A stretch of DNA of 54,655 nucleotides, taken from contig JBBDYD010000006.1 in assembly GCA_040901865.1 (NCBI GenBank), forward strand, positions 1 through 54,655, read 5' to 3'. Under the pieces are notes generated by a model. The model had not been told where the DNA came from. It made no database searches and saw only the letters and a list, made by a program, of their open reading frames with translations. Of this stretch, positions 1-10,417 are shown piece by piece (position 1 is the stretch's first letter; every line of letters starts with the position of its first letter). Source of the DNA: Bacteroidota bacterium (GTDB lineage Bacteria > Bacteroidota > Ignavibacteria > UBA10030). A program made the translations under genes and the position numbers.

Positions 1-1667
1 AATCTCGCGGGGGCTTTTACATCCGTCCGCCACGCAAACCCCGCTCTCACCGAGCCGCTTCCGTTTGAAAGCCCGATTCCCAGGTCGTTCTTAAAATCCG
101 AAAATTTTATCCCCTCGAATCCTTCTGTCCATCCGTGCTCCGGAGCTGCCGATCGCATAAAACCCGCATCTGCCATCACAATAAAATTCACATGGCTGAG
201 AATCCAACTCGGCCAGAAATCCAGATCCCCCAGGAAATCGCCGTTCACGATATATTCTGCGTTGAGGAGAATCATCCTATTGCCCTGTTCCGATTTGTAC
301 GGCCGCGCGTTAAGGGTCCCGAGTCCGCCCATCTCAAAATCCTTTTGCACAGGAACGCGTCCGCCGGATGTGCCGATCCGGAGACGCACATTGATATTGT
401 CGAGCTGTCCCAGCGGCTGGTAGCGGCGCACGTCTGCCATGAATGTGCTGAATGAAAAATTGCCCCCGAGGTTCTTGTCTGCGACTTCGGCAACGGCCTG
501 CATACTCCACCCTTCCTGGCCCCGGCTTGTGCTTTCAACGGTGCTGAAACCGGGCCGAACAACGACGGACCGCATTCTGCCTTCATTGACGGGGGGATTG
601 ACGCGAAATACCTTATTACCGCCAAAAATGGACCATTCAGTCCGCCTTTCGAGCGATGAGTAGCGATCAGCCGCATACTCGATGCGCAGCTGGGCGCGCG
701 TTTCGTTATCCTGAAAATAGTACGCCGTGTGCAGAGATAATCCTTCGCGTCCAAAGTAATCGTGATAATCCTCGTGGATAAAAACCGCCGCGGCCGTATT
801 CTCGTTCACTCCAATAATCCAGCTTTCCTTTGAATCCGTAAGACTGTGTCCCTGAATTCCGAATTCCAGGATGTGTCCTACGTCTGAATCCATGCTTGAA
901 AGACTGAATTGTCTATCCAGTCCCAGCGTGTAGCGCCACCGGTGCGATTTGAAACCCCATCCGACAAATCCGTACGGACTGATGGAACGGGATCCATCCC
1001 AGTAGTATTTCTTTTCGGATCCCAGTCCGAAGAAATGACCCTCCACGCGGTTAAACCGGTAGAGCACGTTGTCGAGATTTGTGATTTCGTCGGTCCAGGG
1101 TGCATAAAAGTGGTACCCGGAACGATTAAAGCGGCCACGGTCATAGCGATAACTGGTCGTTGACGCGCTCGTCCGATCCGAATATCCCTCGATGACTCCG
1201 TCCTCGTCTTTCTCAATTGTTCCGTTAATCACACGGGCGTTGCCGGTGATCTTTCCTCCATTTTTGACAAACAAGGTGCCGCCAACAACCAGCACATCGC
1301 CATCCACCGTCCCGTACACGGCGAGATCTCCCCCTTTCACCACGACGTTGGCCTGAATTGTATCATCTTCTTCAATTGTCTTGTCGCCGTCGAAGGTAAT
1401 ACTGCCGGTTGTTCTCCATTGATCAATGTCTTCATTTTCGCGATCGCGGTTCTTCCCGGCAGGAGGAATGGTGTCGGATGGGAATGGCTCTGTCTGTCCG
1501 GTCAGTTCGCGTTTGACGTTATCGATGAATCCATCAATCATCGAATCCAATCGTTTGCCGAACGAATCGTGCCGATCAGACGCTTGCTGGTCGGCCGTTC
1601 GGAGTTGCGAAGAAAGAAACGGAGTGGAGACAAGCAAGATTGCGAGGACGAATCCTGTACGAATCAT
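1..1667 (-). CDS. Outer-membrane beta-barrel protein (Omp85/BamA-TamA-like) with N-terminal bactofilin-like (polymer-forming) repeat region; runs off window start
   Basis: Not in ORF track (no stop in window). Manual translation of several segments, all in one frame: signal peptide MIRTGFVLAILLVSTPFLSSQ from ATG 1667, repeat TIQANVVVKGGDLAVYGTVDGDVLVVGGTLFVK, YRFNRVEGHFFGLG, and beta-strand-like FKNDLGIGLSNGSGSVRAGFAWRTD near position 1. Not every codon was checked. Confidence 0.75.
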   Translation of the reverse strand, partial: MIRTGFVLAILLVSTPFLSSQLRTADQQASDRHDSFGKRLDSMIDGFIDNVKRELTGQTEPFPSDTIPPAGKNRDRENEDIDQWRTTGSITFDGDKTIEEDDTIQANVVVKGGDLAVYGTVDGDVLVVGGTLFVKNGGKITGNARVINGTIEKDEDGVIEGYSDRTSASTTSYRYDRGRFNRSGYHFYAPWTDEITNLDNVLYRFNRVEGHFFGLGSEKKYYWDGSRSISPYGFVGWGFKSHRWRYTLGLDRQFSLSSMDSDVGHILEFGIQGHSLTDSKESWIIGVNENTAAAVFIHEDYHDYFGREGLSLHTAYYFQDNETRAQLRIEYAADRYSSLERRTEWSIFGGNKVFRVNPPVNEGRMRSVVVRPGFSTVESTSRGQEGWSMQAVAEVADKNLGGNFSFSTFMADVRRYQPLGQLDNINVRLRIGTSGGRVPVQKDFEMGGLGTLNARPYKSEQGNRMILLNAEYIVNGDFLGDLDFWPSWILSHVNFIVMADAGFMRSAAPEHGWTEGFEGIKFSDFKNDLGIGLSNGSGSVRAGFAWRTDVKAPAR

Positions 1668-1796
1668 AGAAGTCACCAAGTTGTTGATCTGATGAAAGTT
1701 ACGATTTCCTTCTGCTAAAAGTTTCGCTCCGGGGTGGGTGATTGGGCTTCAATGGAAGCCCCTTTTTTTGTATATTGGTTGGCCTTTTTTGCCGTT

Positions 1797-2525
1797 ATGA
1801 GACTCGCTATCAATATCGACCATGTGGCCACCCTGCGGAACGCCCGTGGCGGGGAAGAGCCCGATCCTGTCACGGTTGCCCATCTTGCAGAACTTGCCGG
1901 GGCGGAGGGAATTGTGTGTCATTTGCGGGAAGACCGCCGGCACATCAAGGACAGAGATCTGCAATTGCTGCGAACGACGATCAAGACGAAGCTGGACCTC
2001 GAGATGGGGGCGTCCGAAGAGATCATCGCGATCGCACTCGCCACTGTGCCTGATCTTGTGACGCTGGTTCCGGAGCGGCGACAGGAGCTTACAACAGAAG
2101 GCGGCCTCGATGTGTGTGCGCAAAAGGCAAAGCTGAAAGATGTGGTGACGGAGTTTCATAAGAAGAATATTCCGGTGAGCCTGTTTGTCGATCCTGTGGC
2201 GGAGCAGATTGAAGCATCGAAAGCCGTTGGGGCGGACATCATTGAAATCCACACGGGTGAATATGCAAATGCAAGATCGGAAAAGGCCGTCCAGGAGCAA
2301 TTAGTTGCGATTGAACGCGCGGCGAAACTCGCAAAGTCCTTCGGACTTGGCGTCAACGCCGGACACGGATTGAACTATGTGAACACACGCCCGGTCACCA
2401 CGATTCGGGAGATCGACGAGGTGAGCATCGGCCACGCCATTATCACCCGTGCGCTCTTTGTCGGAATGACGCAGGCCGTGAACGAGATGCTGGCCATCGT
2501 GACAACCCATCACCGCCAGGATTGA
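1797..2525 (+). CDS. pdxJ: Pyridoxine 5'-phosphate synthase
   Basis: NIDHVATLRNAR, HLREDRRHI, LVPERRQELTTEGGLD, NAGHGLNY, SIGHAII motifs; start trimmed to ATG 1797. Confidence 0.97.
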   Translation: MRLAINIDHVATLRNARGGEEPDPVTVAHLAELAGAEGIVCHLREDRRHIKDRDLQLLRTTIKTKLDLEMGASEEIIAIALATVPDLVTLVPERRQELTTEGGLDVCAQKAKLKDVVTEFHKKNIPVSLFVDPVAEQIEASKAVGADIIEIHTGEYANARSEKAVQEQLVAIERAAKLAKSFGLGVNAGHGLNYVNTRPVTTIREIDEVSIGHAIITRALFVGMTQAVNEMLAIVTTHHRQD

Positions 2526-2526
2526 A

Positions 2527-3798
2527 GTGGAGATCGCACCGGTCATAGTCTTTGTTGGCCTGTTGATCTTCATGGCCCATTTCTTTGTCGCGTTGTTCGA
2601 GAAGATCAGGGTCCCCGACGTGCTGTATCTTATTCTTATCGGACTGATTCTGGGTCCGATCCTGCGCATTGTTCGGCCGGAGGATTTCGGAAAAGTCGGG
2701 TATGTGTTCACCACCATCGCACTTGTCATCATTCTGTTTGAAGGTGGCCTGGATCTTGGAGTTGCACAGCTGAAAAAATCCTGGCGTGAGACAGTTTTTA
2801 TAACCATTCTCAGTTACTTCATTTCGGCGGGGCTGCTTACTGTCGCGATTTATTATCTAACCGACCTTGACCTTCATGCCTCATTGTTTGTCTCTGCGGT
2901 CCTTGCAGGTCCCGCCCCTTCTGTGATCATTCCGCTGGCGAGGAATCTCCGGCTGGGGGAATCCAGCAAGACGACGTTGACCCTGGAGTCGTCTTTGGGT
3001 GAGGCGCTTTGTATCGTTGTTGCGTTGGCGGTGCTCGAAGCGTACAAGGTCGAAGAGGTCCGTGTGGGACGCGTCATCGGCTCCCTCATCGCCTCGTTCC
3101 TGTTTGCCGTTGTTATCGGCGGTATCGGAGGATACGTTTGGTCCGTTTTGTTGAACAAGATGCGCCAGCTCCGGAACGCCATTATTACGACGCCGTCGTT
3201 TGCCTTTATTCTGTACGGTGTGGCGGATTTCCTGGGTTTCAGCGGCCCGATTGCCGTGCTGACCTTCGGCATTGTTCTGGGAAACATCCAAACGTTGAGC
3301 ATCCAATGGCTCGAGAAACGGCTGAACCTCACCCGGCTTGTTCACAACGAAACGGAGAAATTGTTCTTCGGAGAACTGGTCTTTGTCGTCAAGACATTTT
3401 TCTTCGTCTTCATCGGACTTTCGGTTGAGTTTTCCGATTACCGCTCGATGGCGTTAGCCGTTTCCCTGACGGGCATCCTCCTCTTTTCGCGCTTCGCGGC
3501 TATTCGACTCAGCGTGGACCGCACGACGCCGAAAAATGAAGCATTGCTCATGTCGGTGCTCGTGCCAAAGGGAACTGCGGCCGCCGTGCTCGCCGGTCTC
3601 CCGCTTCAGCTCGGCATTGCCGGAGGAGCTCTCATGCAGAATCTCTCGTATGGTGTTGTGACCTTCAGCATCCTCTTCACCGCAGCCCTGGTATTTCTCA
3701 TGGAACGGACAAATCTTGATCAGCCTCAGACGTGGCTTTTTTCCGGATTTGGAGACGCCGGCAAACAAGATCCCACCCCCCCGCAAAACGGATTGTAA
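2527..3798 (+). CDS. Cation:proton antiporter (CPA1/NhaP-like, no cytoplasmic tail)
   Basis: About 12 hydrophobic segments; ILFEGGL, LTLESSLGE, PKGTAAAVLA motifs. Confidence 0.85.
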   Translation: MEIAPVIVFVGLLIFMAHFFVALFEKIRVPDVLYLILIGLILGPILRIVRPEDFGKVGYVFTTIALVIILFEGGLDLGVAQLKKSWRETVFITILSYFISAGLLTVAIYYLTDLDLHASLFVSAVLAGPAPSVIIPLARNLRLGESSKTTLTLESSLGEALCIVVALAVLEAYKVEEVRVGRVIGSLIASFLFAVVIGGIGGYVWSVLLNKMRQLRNAIITTPSFAFILYGVADFLGFSGPIAVLTFGIVLGNIQTLSIQWLEKRLNLTRLVHNETEKLFFGELVFVVKTFFFVFIGLSVEFSDYRSMALAVSLTGILLFSRFAAIRLSVDRTTPKNEALLMSVLVPKGTAAAVLAGLPLQLGIAGGALMQNLSYGVVTFSILFTAALVFLMERTNLDQPQTWLFSGFGDAGKQDPTPPQNGL

Positions 3799-4219
3799 AG
3801 GCGGATTGCGTCTCGAACGTCGCGTTTGGATCGGAATGTTATCAAATCGTAGAGAGTGCTGATCGGCGCGAAGATTTTTTTGATCTATGAGAAGCCACAG
3901 TCGATTGGAATTCAGATTCAGTTTACACAACGCTTCACCCTCACTTGAACAGGAACAACCTGATTCCCTTGCATCTCTCGGCAAAAATCCTTTCTTACAG
4001 AGAGAAAAAATAGCGGAATAAGGGAGGAAAAAACCGGCGTTTCAGAGAAGAACCCTTCTGGGCGTCGAACCAGATACTGTGTTGTGTGTTTTTGTTGAGG
4101 GTTCATTCTCTCCGCGTCTTTTCTGATTTTCCCCCGACAATAAACGTCTCCCCGGCCCGCCGGGGTGAAGTCCGTAACCGTTGTGTTTCTTTAATTCGTG
4201 CAATCAGAGGAGCGTATCG

Positions 4220-5305
4220 TTGGAGTATCTCGATCAGGTATACTTCGGAAACTCTTTGAAAACATGGCTGATTGCCATCGGGATTGTTGCATTGTCGGTG
4301 GTCGCTGTGATGTTGATAAAGAGGCTTCTTGTCCGTTGGATCAAGCGGTTCGCCGAGGCATCGGCTCACGGCCTCAGGTACCTGTTCATCAACGTCATTG
4401 GAAGCACGAAGTTCTTACTTGTCCTGGTGATCTGCCTTTATGCAGGCACCTCCGCACTGACGATTCCCGCCGCAGCCGTCCGTTTCATAGAAATTGGCGC
4501 AATTATTGCGGCTTTTCTGCAATTCGGGCTCTGGGGAAACGCGATCATTACGTTTTGGATCGGCAGGATTGTCCAGGAAAAAATCCAGCGGGATGCAGCC
4601 GGAGCAACGACGTTGACCGCGCTTGGATTTCTTGCCCGTGTGGTTTTTTGGGCGGGGCTTTTGCTTTTTGCCCTGGATAATCTGGGGGTGAACATCACGG
4701 GCTTGGCTGCCGGCATTGGGATTGGCGGGATCGCGATCGCCCTGGCCGTGCAAAACATCCTCGGCGACCTGTTTGCCTCTCTCTCCATCGTTCTGGATAA
4801 ACCGTTCGTCATCGGTGATTTCATCATTGTGGACGAGTACCTGGGAACGGTGGAGCATATCGGGCTGAAAACGACGAGAGTAAGAAGTCTTTCGGGCGAG
4901 CAGCTCGTGTTTTCCAACACGGATTTGCTGAAGAGTCGGATTCGAAACTACAAAAGGATGTTCGAACGCAGGATTGAGTTCGAGGTGGGAATAACGTATC
5001 AGACACCTCTCGAGAAAGTCAAACAAGTCAGTGGAATGCTTCGGTCAATTATTGAACAACAACCGAAGGCGCGCTTTGACAGGGCGCACTTCAAACATTT
5101 CGGAGATTCTGCCCTCATGTACGAGGCGGTCTACTATGTGAACACACCCGAATACAATGATTACATGGACACGCAGGAGAGCATCAATCTTGCCATCATG
5201 CAACTGTTTGCCGAACAAGCCATTGAGTTTGCTTACCCGACGCGCACGCTGTTTGTTCAGGACGACATCAAGAAACCGGTTGACCAATCGCGAGAAACAA
5301 AATGA
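4220..5305 (+). CDS. Small-conductance mechanosensitive channel (MscS family)
   Basis: GIGGIAIALAVQNILGDLFAS, DKPFVIGDFI, GTVEHIGLKTTRVR; likely TTG start 4220 after GAGGAG. Confidence 0.93.
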   Translation: MEYLDQVYFGNSLKTWLIAIGIVALSVVAVMLIKRLLVRWIKRFAEASAHGLRYLFINVIGSTKFLLVLVICLYAGTSALTIPAAAVRFIEIGAIIAAFLQFGLWGNAIITFWIGRIVQEKIQRDAAGATTLTALGFLARVVFWAGLLLFALDNLGVNITGLAAGIGIGGIAIALAVQNILGDLFASLSIVLDKPFVIGDFIIVDEYLGTVEHIGLKTTRVRSLSGEQLVFSNTDLLKSRIRNYKRMFERRIEFEVGITYQTPLEKVKQVSGMLRSIIEQQPKARFDRAHFKHFGDSALMYEAVYYVNTPEYNDYMDTQESINLAIMQLFAEQAIEFAYPTRTLFVQDDIKKPVDQSRETK

Positions 5306-5940
5306 GCGAATTTCGTTTCTATTCGAAGCTTGACCTGACAATTCTTCTCGAGAAACATGCGACGGACGCCCAGCAGCTTCTGGAGGGCATTGAGTCTGTC
5401 CCCGAAGCATCGATCTATCACCATACGCACAGGTACCTTCTGCAGTATCATTACCTGACCCCCGTGCCCCCGAATGATTTCGCCAACTGGGCTCTTACGT
5501 CGCTCAACGACGATGTTCTCGGCGAGCAGCTTTCCAGCATCGATATCATGCAATCAGGAAGCATCCCGGAGCTGCGGGAACGTATTGCCGAGGTCGTGCG
5601 GTCGTACGTCAGAAAGCACCCGCGCAGCAAAAGGGAGTGTCCTCCCGGGGAAGAGTTCTATTTCATGGCAACGCAGACGGTAATTCTGCCGACGCCGATC
5701 GTTTCTCTTTCCCTCGAGGAATTCGCGATCCATATCGATAAGATCAGTCTCAACTCTTTATACTATCACATGTTTGACTCGCGGCTGCGTCTGGGCCGGG
5801 GGGAAAACGACTTCTCTGCCTGGTTTCGCGGCATCGGCAAACCGGAACTCGCTGACAAAGTCCGGAAACTGGACCCGTATCTCTCAACGCTCGAAGGACT
5901 GCGGGCACAAATAAAAGCCTTGGTGAAGAAATATGATTGA
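5302..5940 (+). CDS. DUF5752-family protein (OrfY-like partner of TreT)
   Basis: Two internal repeats SIYHH...NDFANW and SLYYH...NDFSAW; overlaps upstream stop and treT start. Confidence 0.8.
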   Translation: MSEFRFYSKLDLTILLEKHATDAQQLLEGIESVPEASIYHHTHRYLLQYHYLTPVPPNDFANWALTSLNDDVLGEQLSSIDIMQSGSIPELRERIAEVVRSYVRKHPRSKRECPPGEEFYFMATQTVILPTPIVSLSLEEFAIHIDKISLNSLYYHMFDSRLRLGRGENDFSAWFRGIGKPELADKVRKLDPYLSTLEGLRAQIKALVKKYD

Positions 5941-7150
5941 TCTGAAGGAATATGCTCCAATCGTCGGGGAGGCGACAATTTACGACCTCTTCTTGCTTGC
6001 GAAACGGCTCGAGGGAAAAAGCATTCAAAACATAAACTCCACGTCGGTGGGAGGAGGGGTAGCGGAGATTCTGTCGCGCATGCTCCCGCTCCTGAAGCAA
6101 TTGGGACTTGATGCGCGCTGGGATGTGATCAAAGGGAACGAGAAATTCTACGCTGTCACAAAGAAGTTCCACAACGGATTGCATGGGGTTCCGGTGGAAG
6201 TGACGGAGGAGGAATTCGATTGGTTTCTCGAAGTGAACAGGGCAAATGCCGAAGAGTTCAATTTCGCCGACATCGTTTTCGTCCATGACCCGCAGCCCAT
6301 CGCGTTGATTGAAAAACGACCTTCCATCGGAAAAAACTGGATCTGGAGATGTCATATCGATTCTTCTCAACCGGACAAAAAAATCTGGTCATTTCTCGAA
6401 CGATACATGCGAAAATACGATGCGACGGTCTTCTCAGCGCCGGCGTTTGCAGCGCCAATGCCCGTACGTCAGGTGTTGATTTCTCCGTCCATTGACCCCC
6501 TGAGCGAGAAAAACCGGGATCTGCCGGAGTCGACGGTGCAGGAAGTGTTCGAGCGCTTTGGCATCGATCGATCGCGCCCGGTGGTGACCCAGATCTCACG
6601 ATTTGATTTTCTCAAGGACCCGTTGGGGGTGATCAAAGCCTACAAGCTTGCAAAGAAAAGCCATGATATGCAGCTTGTCCTCGCCGGCGGCGGGGCGACC
6701 GATGACCCGGAAGGGCCTATCATCATGGAACAAGTGAAAGAAGAGGCGGACAAAGACAAGGACATTTTCGTACTCTTCCTGCCGCCGTCGAGCGATCTTG
6801 AAATCAATGCCCTGCAGCGCGGATCGACCATCGTTCTTCAGAAATCTCTGCGGGAGGGCTTTGGCCTTACGGTCGCGGAAGCCCTTTGGAAGGGAAGGCC
6901 GGTGATTGCCGGCGCCGTGGGCGGCATTCCCCTGCAGATCACCCATCAGTATTCAGGAATTCTGACGCACTCGGTCGAAGGGACGGCGCAATGGATCAAA
7001 CGCCTTCTCAACGAGCCGGATTTTGCCGCAACACTGGGAAAAAACGGACGCGAGCACATTCGGAATAATTATCTGATCACGCGGCACATCAAAGACTATC
7101 TTTTGCTCTTTCTCTCGCTGTATTACCGCGACGACGTGGTGCATTTCTGA
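5933..7150 (+). CDS. treT: Trehalose glycosyltransferring synthase (GT4)
   Basis: NSTSVGGGVAEIL, HDPQP, WRCHID, PSIDPLSEKN, SRFDFLKDPLGVI, QKSLREGFGLTVAEALWK. Confidence 0.88.
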   Translation: MIDLKEYAPIVGEATIYDLFLLAKRLEGKSIQNINSTSVGGGVAEILSRMLPLLKQLGLDARWDVIKGNEKFYAVTKKFHNGLHGVPVEVTEEEFDWFLEVNRANAEEFNFADIVFVHDPQPIALIEKRPSIGKNWIWRCHIDSSQPDKKIWSFLERYMRKYDATVFSAPAFAAPMPVRQVLISPSIDPLSEKNRDLPESTVQEVFERFGIDRSRPVVTQISRFDFLKDPLGVIKAYKLAKKSHDMQLVLAGGGATDDPEGPIIMEQVKEEADKDKDIFVLFLPPSSDLEINALQRGSTIVLQKSLREGFGLTVAEALWKGRPVIAGAVGGIPLQITHQYSGILTHSVEGTAQWIKRLLNEPDFAATLGKNGREHIRNNYLITRHIKDYLLLFLSLYYRDDVVHF

Positions 7151-9369
7151 TGAAGCGGTACAGAAAACTCATTCTGGTTTCCAATCGCCTGCCGTTCACG
7201 GCGAAGGAAAAAAACGGAGCGTTTCGCTATACACAGAGTGTCGGAGGCCTGACGACGGGCATGTCGGCGTTTCTGCAATCAAGCGGTGACGGGTCGCCGC
7301 TGTTTGACGATTATGTGTGGGTGGGCTGGCCCGGGGGCACCATAGGAAAAAATTCTCAGTCCGCATTGCGAAAGGAAGTGCTCGAGCGGTTCAAATCTCA
7401 TCCCGTTTTCCTCACGGTGCAGGAGATGGAGCTTTTTTATCTCGGATTCTGCAACGAAACAATTTGGCCGCTGTTCCATTATTTTCCCTCCCTCACAACC
7501 TACCGCGAAGATTTCTGGAACCAGTACCGCAAGGTCAACGAGACCTTTGCAGAAGCCGTTGCGGAGATCGCCGGGCCCGACGACATTGTATGGGTACATG
7601 ACTACCAGCTCATGCTGACCCCGGGACTCTTGAAGAAGAAAATTCCGCAGGTTCCGGTTGGATTTTTTCTCCACATCCCGTTCCCGTCCTTTGAGATCTT
7701 TCGGCTCATTCCGGGGGCATGGCGCAGGGAGATTCTTCAGGGCCTGATGGGTGCGGATCTTCTCGGATTTCACACCTATGAGTACACCGAGAACTATCTT
7801 CGGTGTGTCCTTCGGATTCTCGGAGAAGCTCACACCATGGGAAATATTCAAATGCGCGACCGGCTGGTCAAGGCAGGAACGTTTCCGATGGGGATCGATG
7901 TGGAGCGTTTCACAAGGGCCGCAGAGTCACCGGACATTCGGGCAGAGAGCCGGCAGCTTCGCGATTCCCTCTCCGTTGAAAAAATAATTCTCTCCGTCGA
8001 TCGACTCGATTATACTAAAGGGATCCTCAACAGGCTTGAAGCATACGAACATCTTCTGGAATCGCGCAAGGAACACCGGCGTGCAGTCGTTCTGGTGATG
8101 ATCGTGGTCCCTTCGAGGACCGGTGTCCGGCAATACGCGCGCATGAAGAAACAAATCGAAGAAACTGTCGGGCGGATCAACGGAAGATTCGGGACCGTCG
8201 GGTGGAGCCCCATCATCTATCAATATCGGGCTGTTCCGTTTCTTTCCCTCGTTGCGTACTATGCCGCCAGCGACATTGCTCTTGTGACGCCGCTGCGTGA
8301 TGGAATGAATCTCATCGCCAAGGAATACATTGCGTCCCGGGTGGATGAAACCGGGGTACTCATTCTGAGCGAAATGGCAGGCGCAGCCAAGGAACTGGGA
8401 GAGGCCCTGGTGATCAATCCGAACTACAAGGACGAGATCGCTGCGGCCATGCAAGAGGCGCTGACAATGCCCAAGGAGGAGCAGCAACGCCGAAACCGCG
8501 TGATGAGAGAGCGCATAACACGCTATAACGTCGTCCGATGGGCCAACGATTTCGTAGGGCAGCTTCAATCGATCCGGGGACTCCAACAGGCTTTGTCCGT
8601 GAAGATGCTTTCTTCCCACGCAAGAACCGGACTGCTGGAGCATTTCGCCCGGGCCCAACGGAAAGGGATTTATCTTGACTATGACGGCACGCTTTCACCC
8701 TTCGTCCGCCGTCCGGAAGATGCCGTTCCGTCTCAATCCATCATTAAAACATTGAAAACACTCGCGGCCAACGAAAGCACCATGGTGACCATCATCAGCG
8801 GGCGAAAGCGCGACTTTCTGGAAGAGTGGTTCAAGGAAATTCCGGTGAGACTGGTAGCCGAGCATGGTGTTTGGGTGAAGGAACCGGAACAAGAGTGGAC
8901 GCTCATGAAGCCTCTGAACACGGTCTGGAAGGAATCGGTCATGCCAATTCTTGAACAGCACGCGGAACGGCTTCCGGGCTCTTTTGTGGAAGAAAAGGAA
9001 TATTCGGTGGTGTGGCACTTTCGAGGTGCGGATCCGGAACACGGTGAATTGATGGCCGCAGAACTGATGGATACTCTCATAGTGTTCACGGCAAATGTCG
9101 AAGCGCAGGTTTTGCGCGGGAATAAGATCGTCGAAGTGCGGTCTCTGGGCGTGACAAAGGGGATCGTCGGTGAAGAGCTTATTCGACGAGCAAACCATGA
9201 TTTTGTGCTCTTTATCGGTGATGACTGGACAGACGAAGACCTCTTCAGGGTATTGCCGACAACCGCCTACTCCATCAAAGTCGGAATGGCAAAAACACAC
9301 GCCCGCTGGATGGTTCAGGGGGTGGAAGACGTACACGCCCTCCTTGGCATTCTGGCAGAGCATTCCTGA
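7150..9369 (+). CDS. Bifunctional trehalose-6-phosphate synthase/phosphatase (OtsA-OtsB fusion)
   Basis: [36 protein letters not shown] (GT20) followed by HAD motifs DYDGTL and GDDWTDED. Confidence 0.95.
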   Translation: MKRYRKLILVSNRLPFTAKEKNGAFRYTQSVGGLTTGMSAFLQSSGDGSPLFDDYVWVGWPGGTIGKNSQSALRKEVLERFKSHPVFLTVQEMELFYLGFCNETIWPLFHYFPSLTTYREDFWNQYRKVNETFAEAVAEIAGPDDIVWVHDYQLMLTPGLLKKKIPQVPVGFFLHIPFPSFEIFRLIPGAWRREILQGLMGADLLGFHTYEYTENYLRCVLRILGEAHTMGNIQMRDRLVKAGTFPMGIDVERFTRAAESPDIRAESRQLRDSLSVEKIILSVDRLDYTKGILNRLEAYEHLLESRKEHRRAVVLVMIVVPSRTGVRQYARMKKQIEETVGRINGRFGTVGWSPIIYQYRAVPFLSLVAYYAASDIALVTPLRDGMNLIAKEYIASRVDETGVLILSEMAGAAKELGEALVINPNYKDEIAAAMQEALTMPKEEQQRRNRVMRERITRYNVVRWANDFVGQLQSIRGLQQALSVKMLSSHARTGLLEHFARAQRKGIYLDYDGTLSPFVRRPEDAVPSQSIIKTLKTLAANESTMVTIISGRKRDFLEEWFKEIPVRLVAEHGVWVKEPEQEWTLMKPLNTVWKESVMPILEQHAERLPGSFVEEKEYSVVWHFRGADPEHGELMAAELMDTLIVFTANVEAQVLRGNKIVEVRSLGVTKGIVGEELIRRANHDFVLFIGDDWTDEDLFRVLPTTAYSIKVGMAKTHARWMVQGVEDVHALLGILAEHS

Positions 9370-9443
9370 GAACTCCCACCGCTGGAAGGAATTGCATGTG
9401 GGGGAAGCATTGGATACTTTTAAGCAAAAAGAAAGGTAATACC

Positions 9444-9728
9444 ATGGACAAAAAAAAACTCATTGAAACCATGGAAGGGCATTTGCGCACCTTCGATCAG
9501 GAAATTCAGAAGCTGACCGCGAGGGCAGAAAAGGCCGGCACAGAAATGAAAGCCGACCTCAAGGCACAGCTGAAGAATCTTCGGGTCCAGCGTGATCAGA
9601 CACACAAAGATCTGGCAGCCCTCAAGGAAAAGGGTGAAGGGGCCTGGGAGAAACTCCGCGGTGGAATGGAAGCCGCATGGCGCGATCTTAAGCATGGCCT
9701 TGACAAGACCGTCGATCGATTCAAATAA
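9444..9728 (+). CDS. Small coiled-coil stress-type protein
   Basis: Charged helical 94 aa ending AWEKLRGGMEAAWRDLK; GAAAGG RBS before ATG 9444. Confidence 0.75.
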   Translation: MDKKKLIETMEGHLRTFDQEIQKLTARAEKAGTEMKADLKAQLKNLRVQRDQTHKDLAALKEKGEGAWEKLRGGMEAAWRDLKHGLDKTVDRFK

Positions 9729-9742
9729 GGCCGGGAGGTCGT

Positions 9743-10405
9743 ATGGAACAGATTCAGATCCTCATGTCATCCCTGAAACAGTTCTGGGAACAACTGGCCA
9801 CGACTCTTCCCAAGGTATTCCTTGCCCTTGTTCTTCTCACATTCGGCTGGATCCTGGCAAAGCTGGTCCGTAAGGCAACACTTCGTGTGCTCCGCCTTTT
9901 GCGCGTCGACGTTGTGGCGGAAAAATCCGGCATCGAGGATTTTCTCTTGCGGGGTGATATCAAATTCACCGCCGTGACGTTGCTCGCCAGCCTCGTCTAC
10001 TGGATTGTACTATTTACCGTCGTCCTCGCGGTCTTAAACAGCATGGGACTGGAAGTTGCTGCGCAGCTCTTCAACAGGATCATCCTTTACCTTCCGAACG
10101 TTGTTGTTGCCGTCATCGTGCTCATTTTCGGTGCCCAGTTTGCCCGGTTCGTGCAGGGAATCGCGTTTGCGTATTTAAGCAATATCGGGATCGGCGGAGC
10201 CGAGATCATGAGCTTGGTGGCCCAATATACGCTTCTGTTCTTCGTGGTTTCCGTCGCCCTCGAGCAACTGCAAATTGGCGGACAGATCCTCGTTTCCGGA
10301 TTTCAGATCGCGTTCGGTGCGCTGTGCCTTGCGTTAGCGCTCGCATTCGGGCTCGGCGGAAAGGACTGGGCCGCCGGGATCCTCCAACGGATGACCAGGA
10401 AATAG
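9743..10405 (+). CDS. Membrane protein with conserved TM-helix repeats (MscS-associated type)
   Basis: LPKVFLAL / YLPNVVVA repeats; C-terminal LALALAFGLGGKD. Confidence 0.8.
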   Translation: MEQIQILMSSLKQFWEQLATTLPKVFLALVLLTFGWILAKLVRKATLRVLRLLRVDVVAEKSGIEDFLLRGDIKFTAVTLLASLVYWIVLFTVVLAVLNSMGLEVAAQLFNRIILYLPNVVVAVIVLIFGAQFARFVQGIAFAYLSNIGIGGAEIMSLVAQYTLLFFVVSVALEQLQIGGQILVSGFQIAFGALCLALALAFGLGGKDWAAGILQRMTRK

Positions 10406-10417
10406 CCTCACGCCGGC

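Noticed and set aside
135-1718. Short track ORFs in the first 1.7 kb
   Set aside because: Explained as alternative-frame or antisense shadows of the long minus-strand outer-membrane protein gene.
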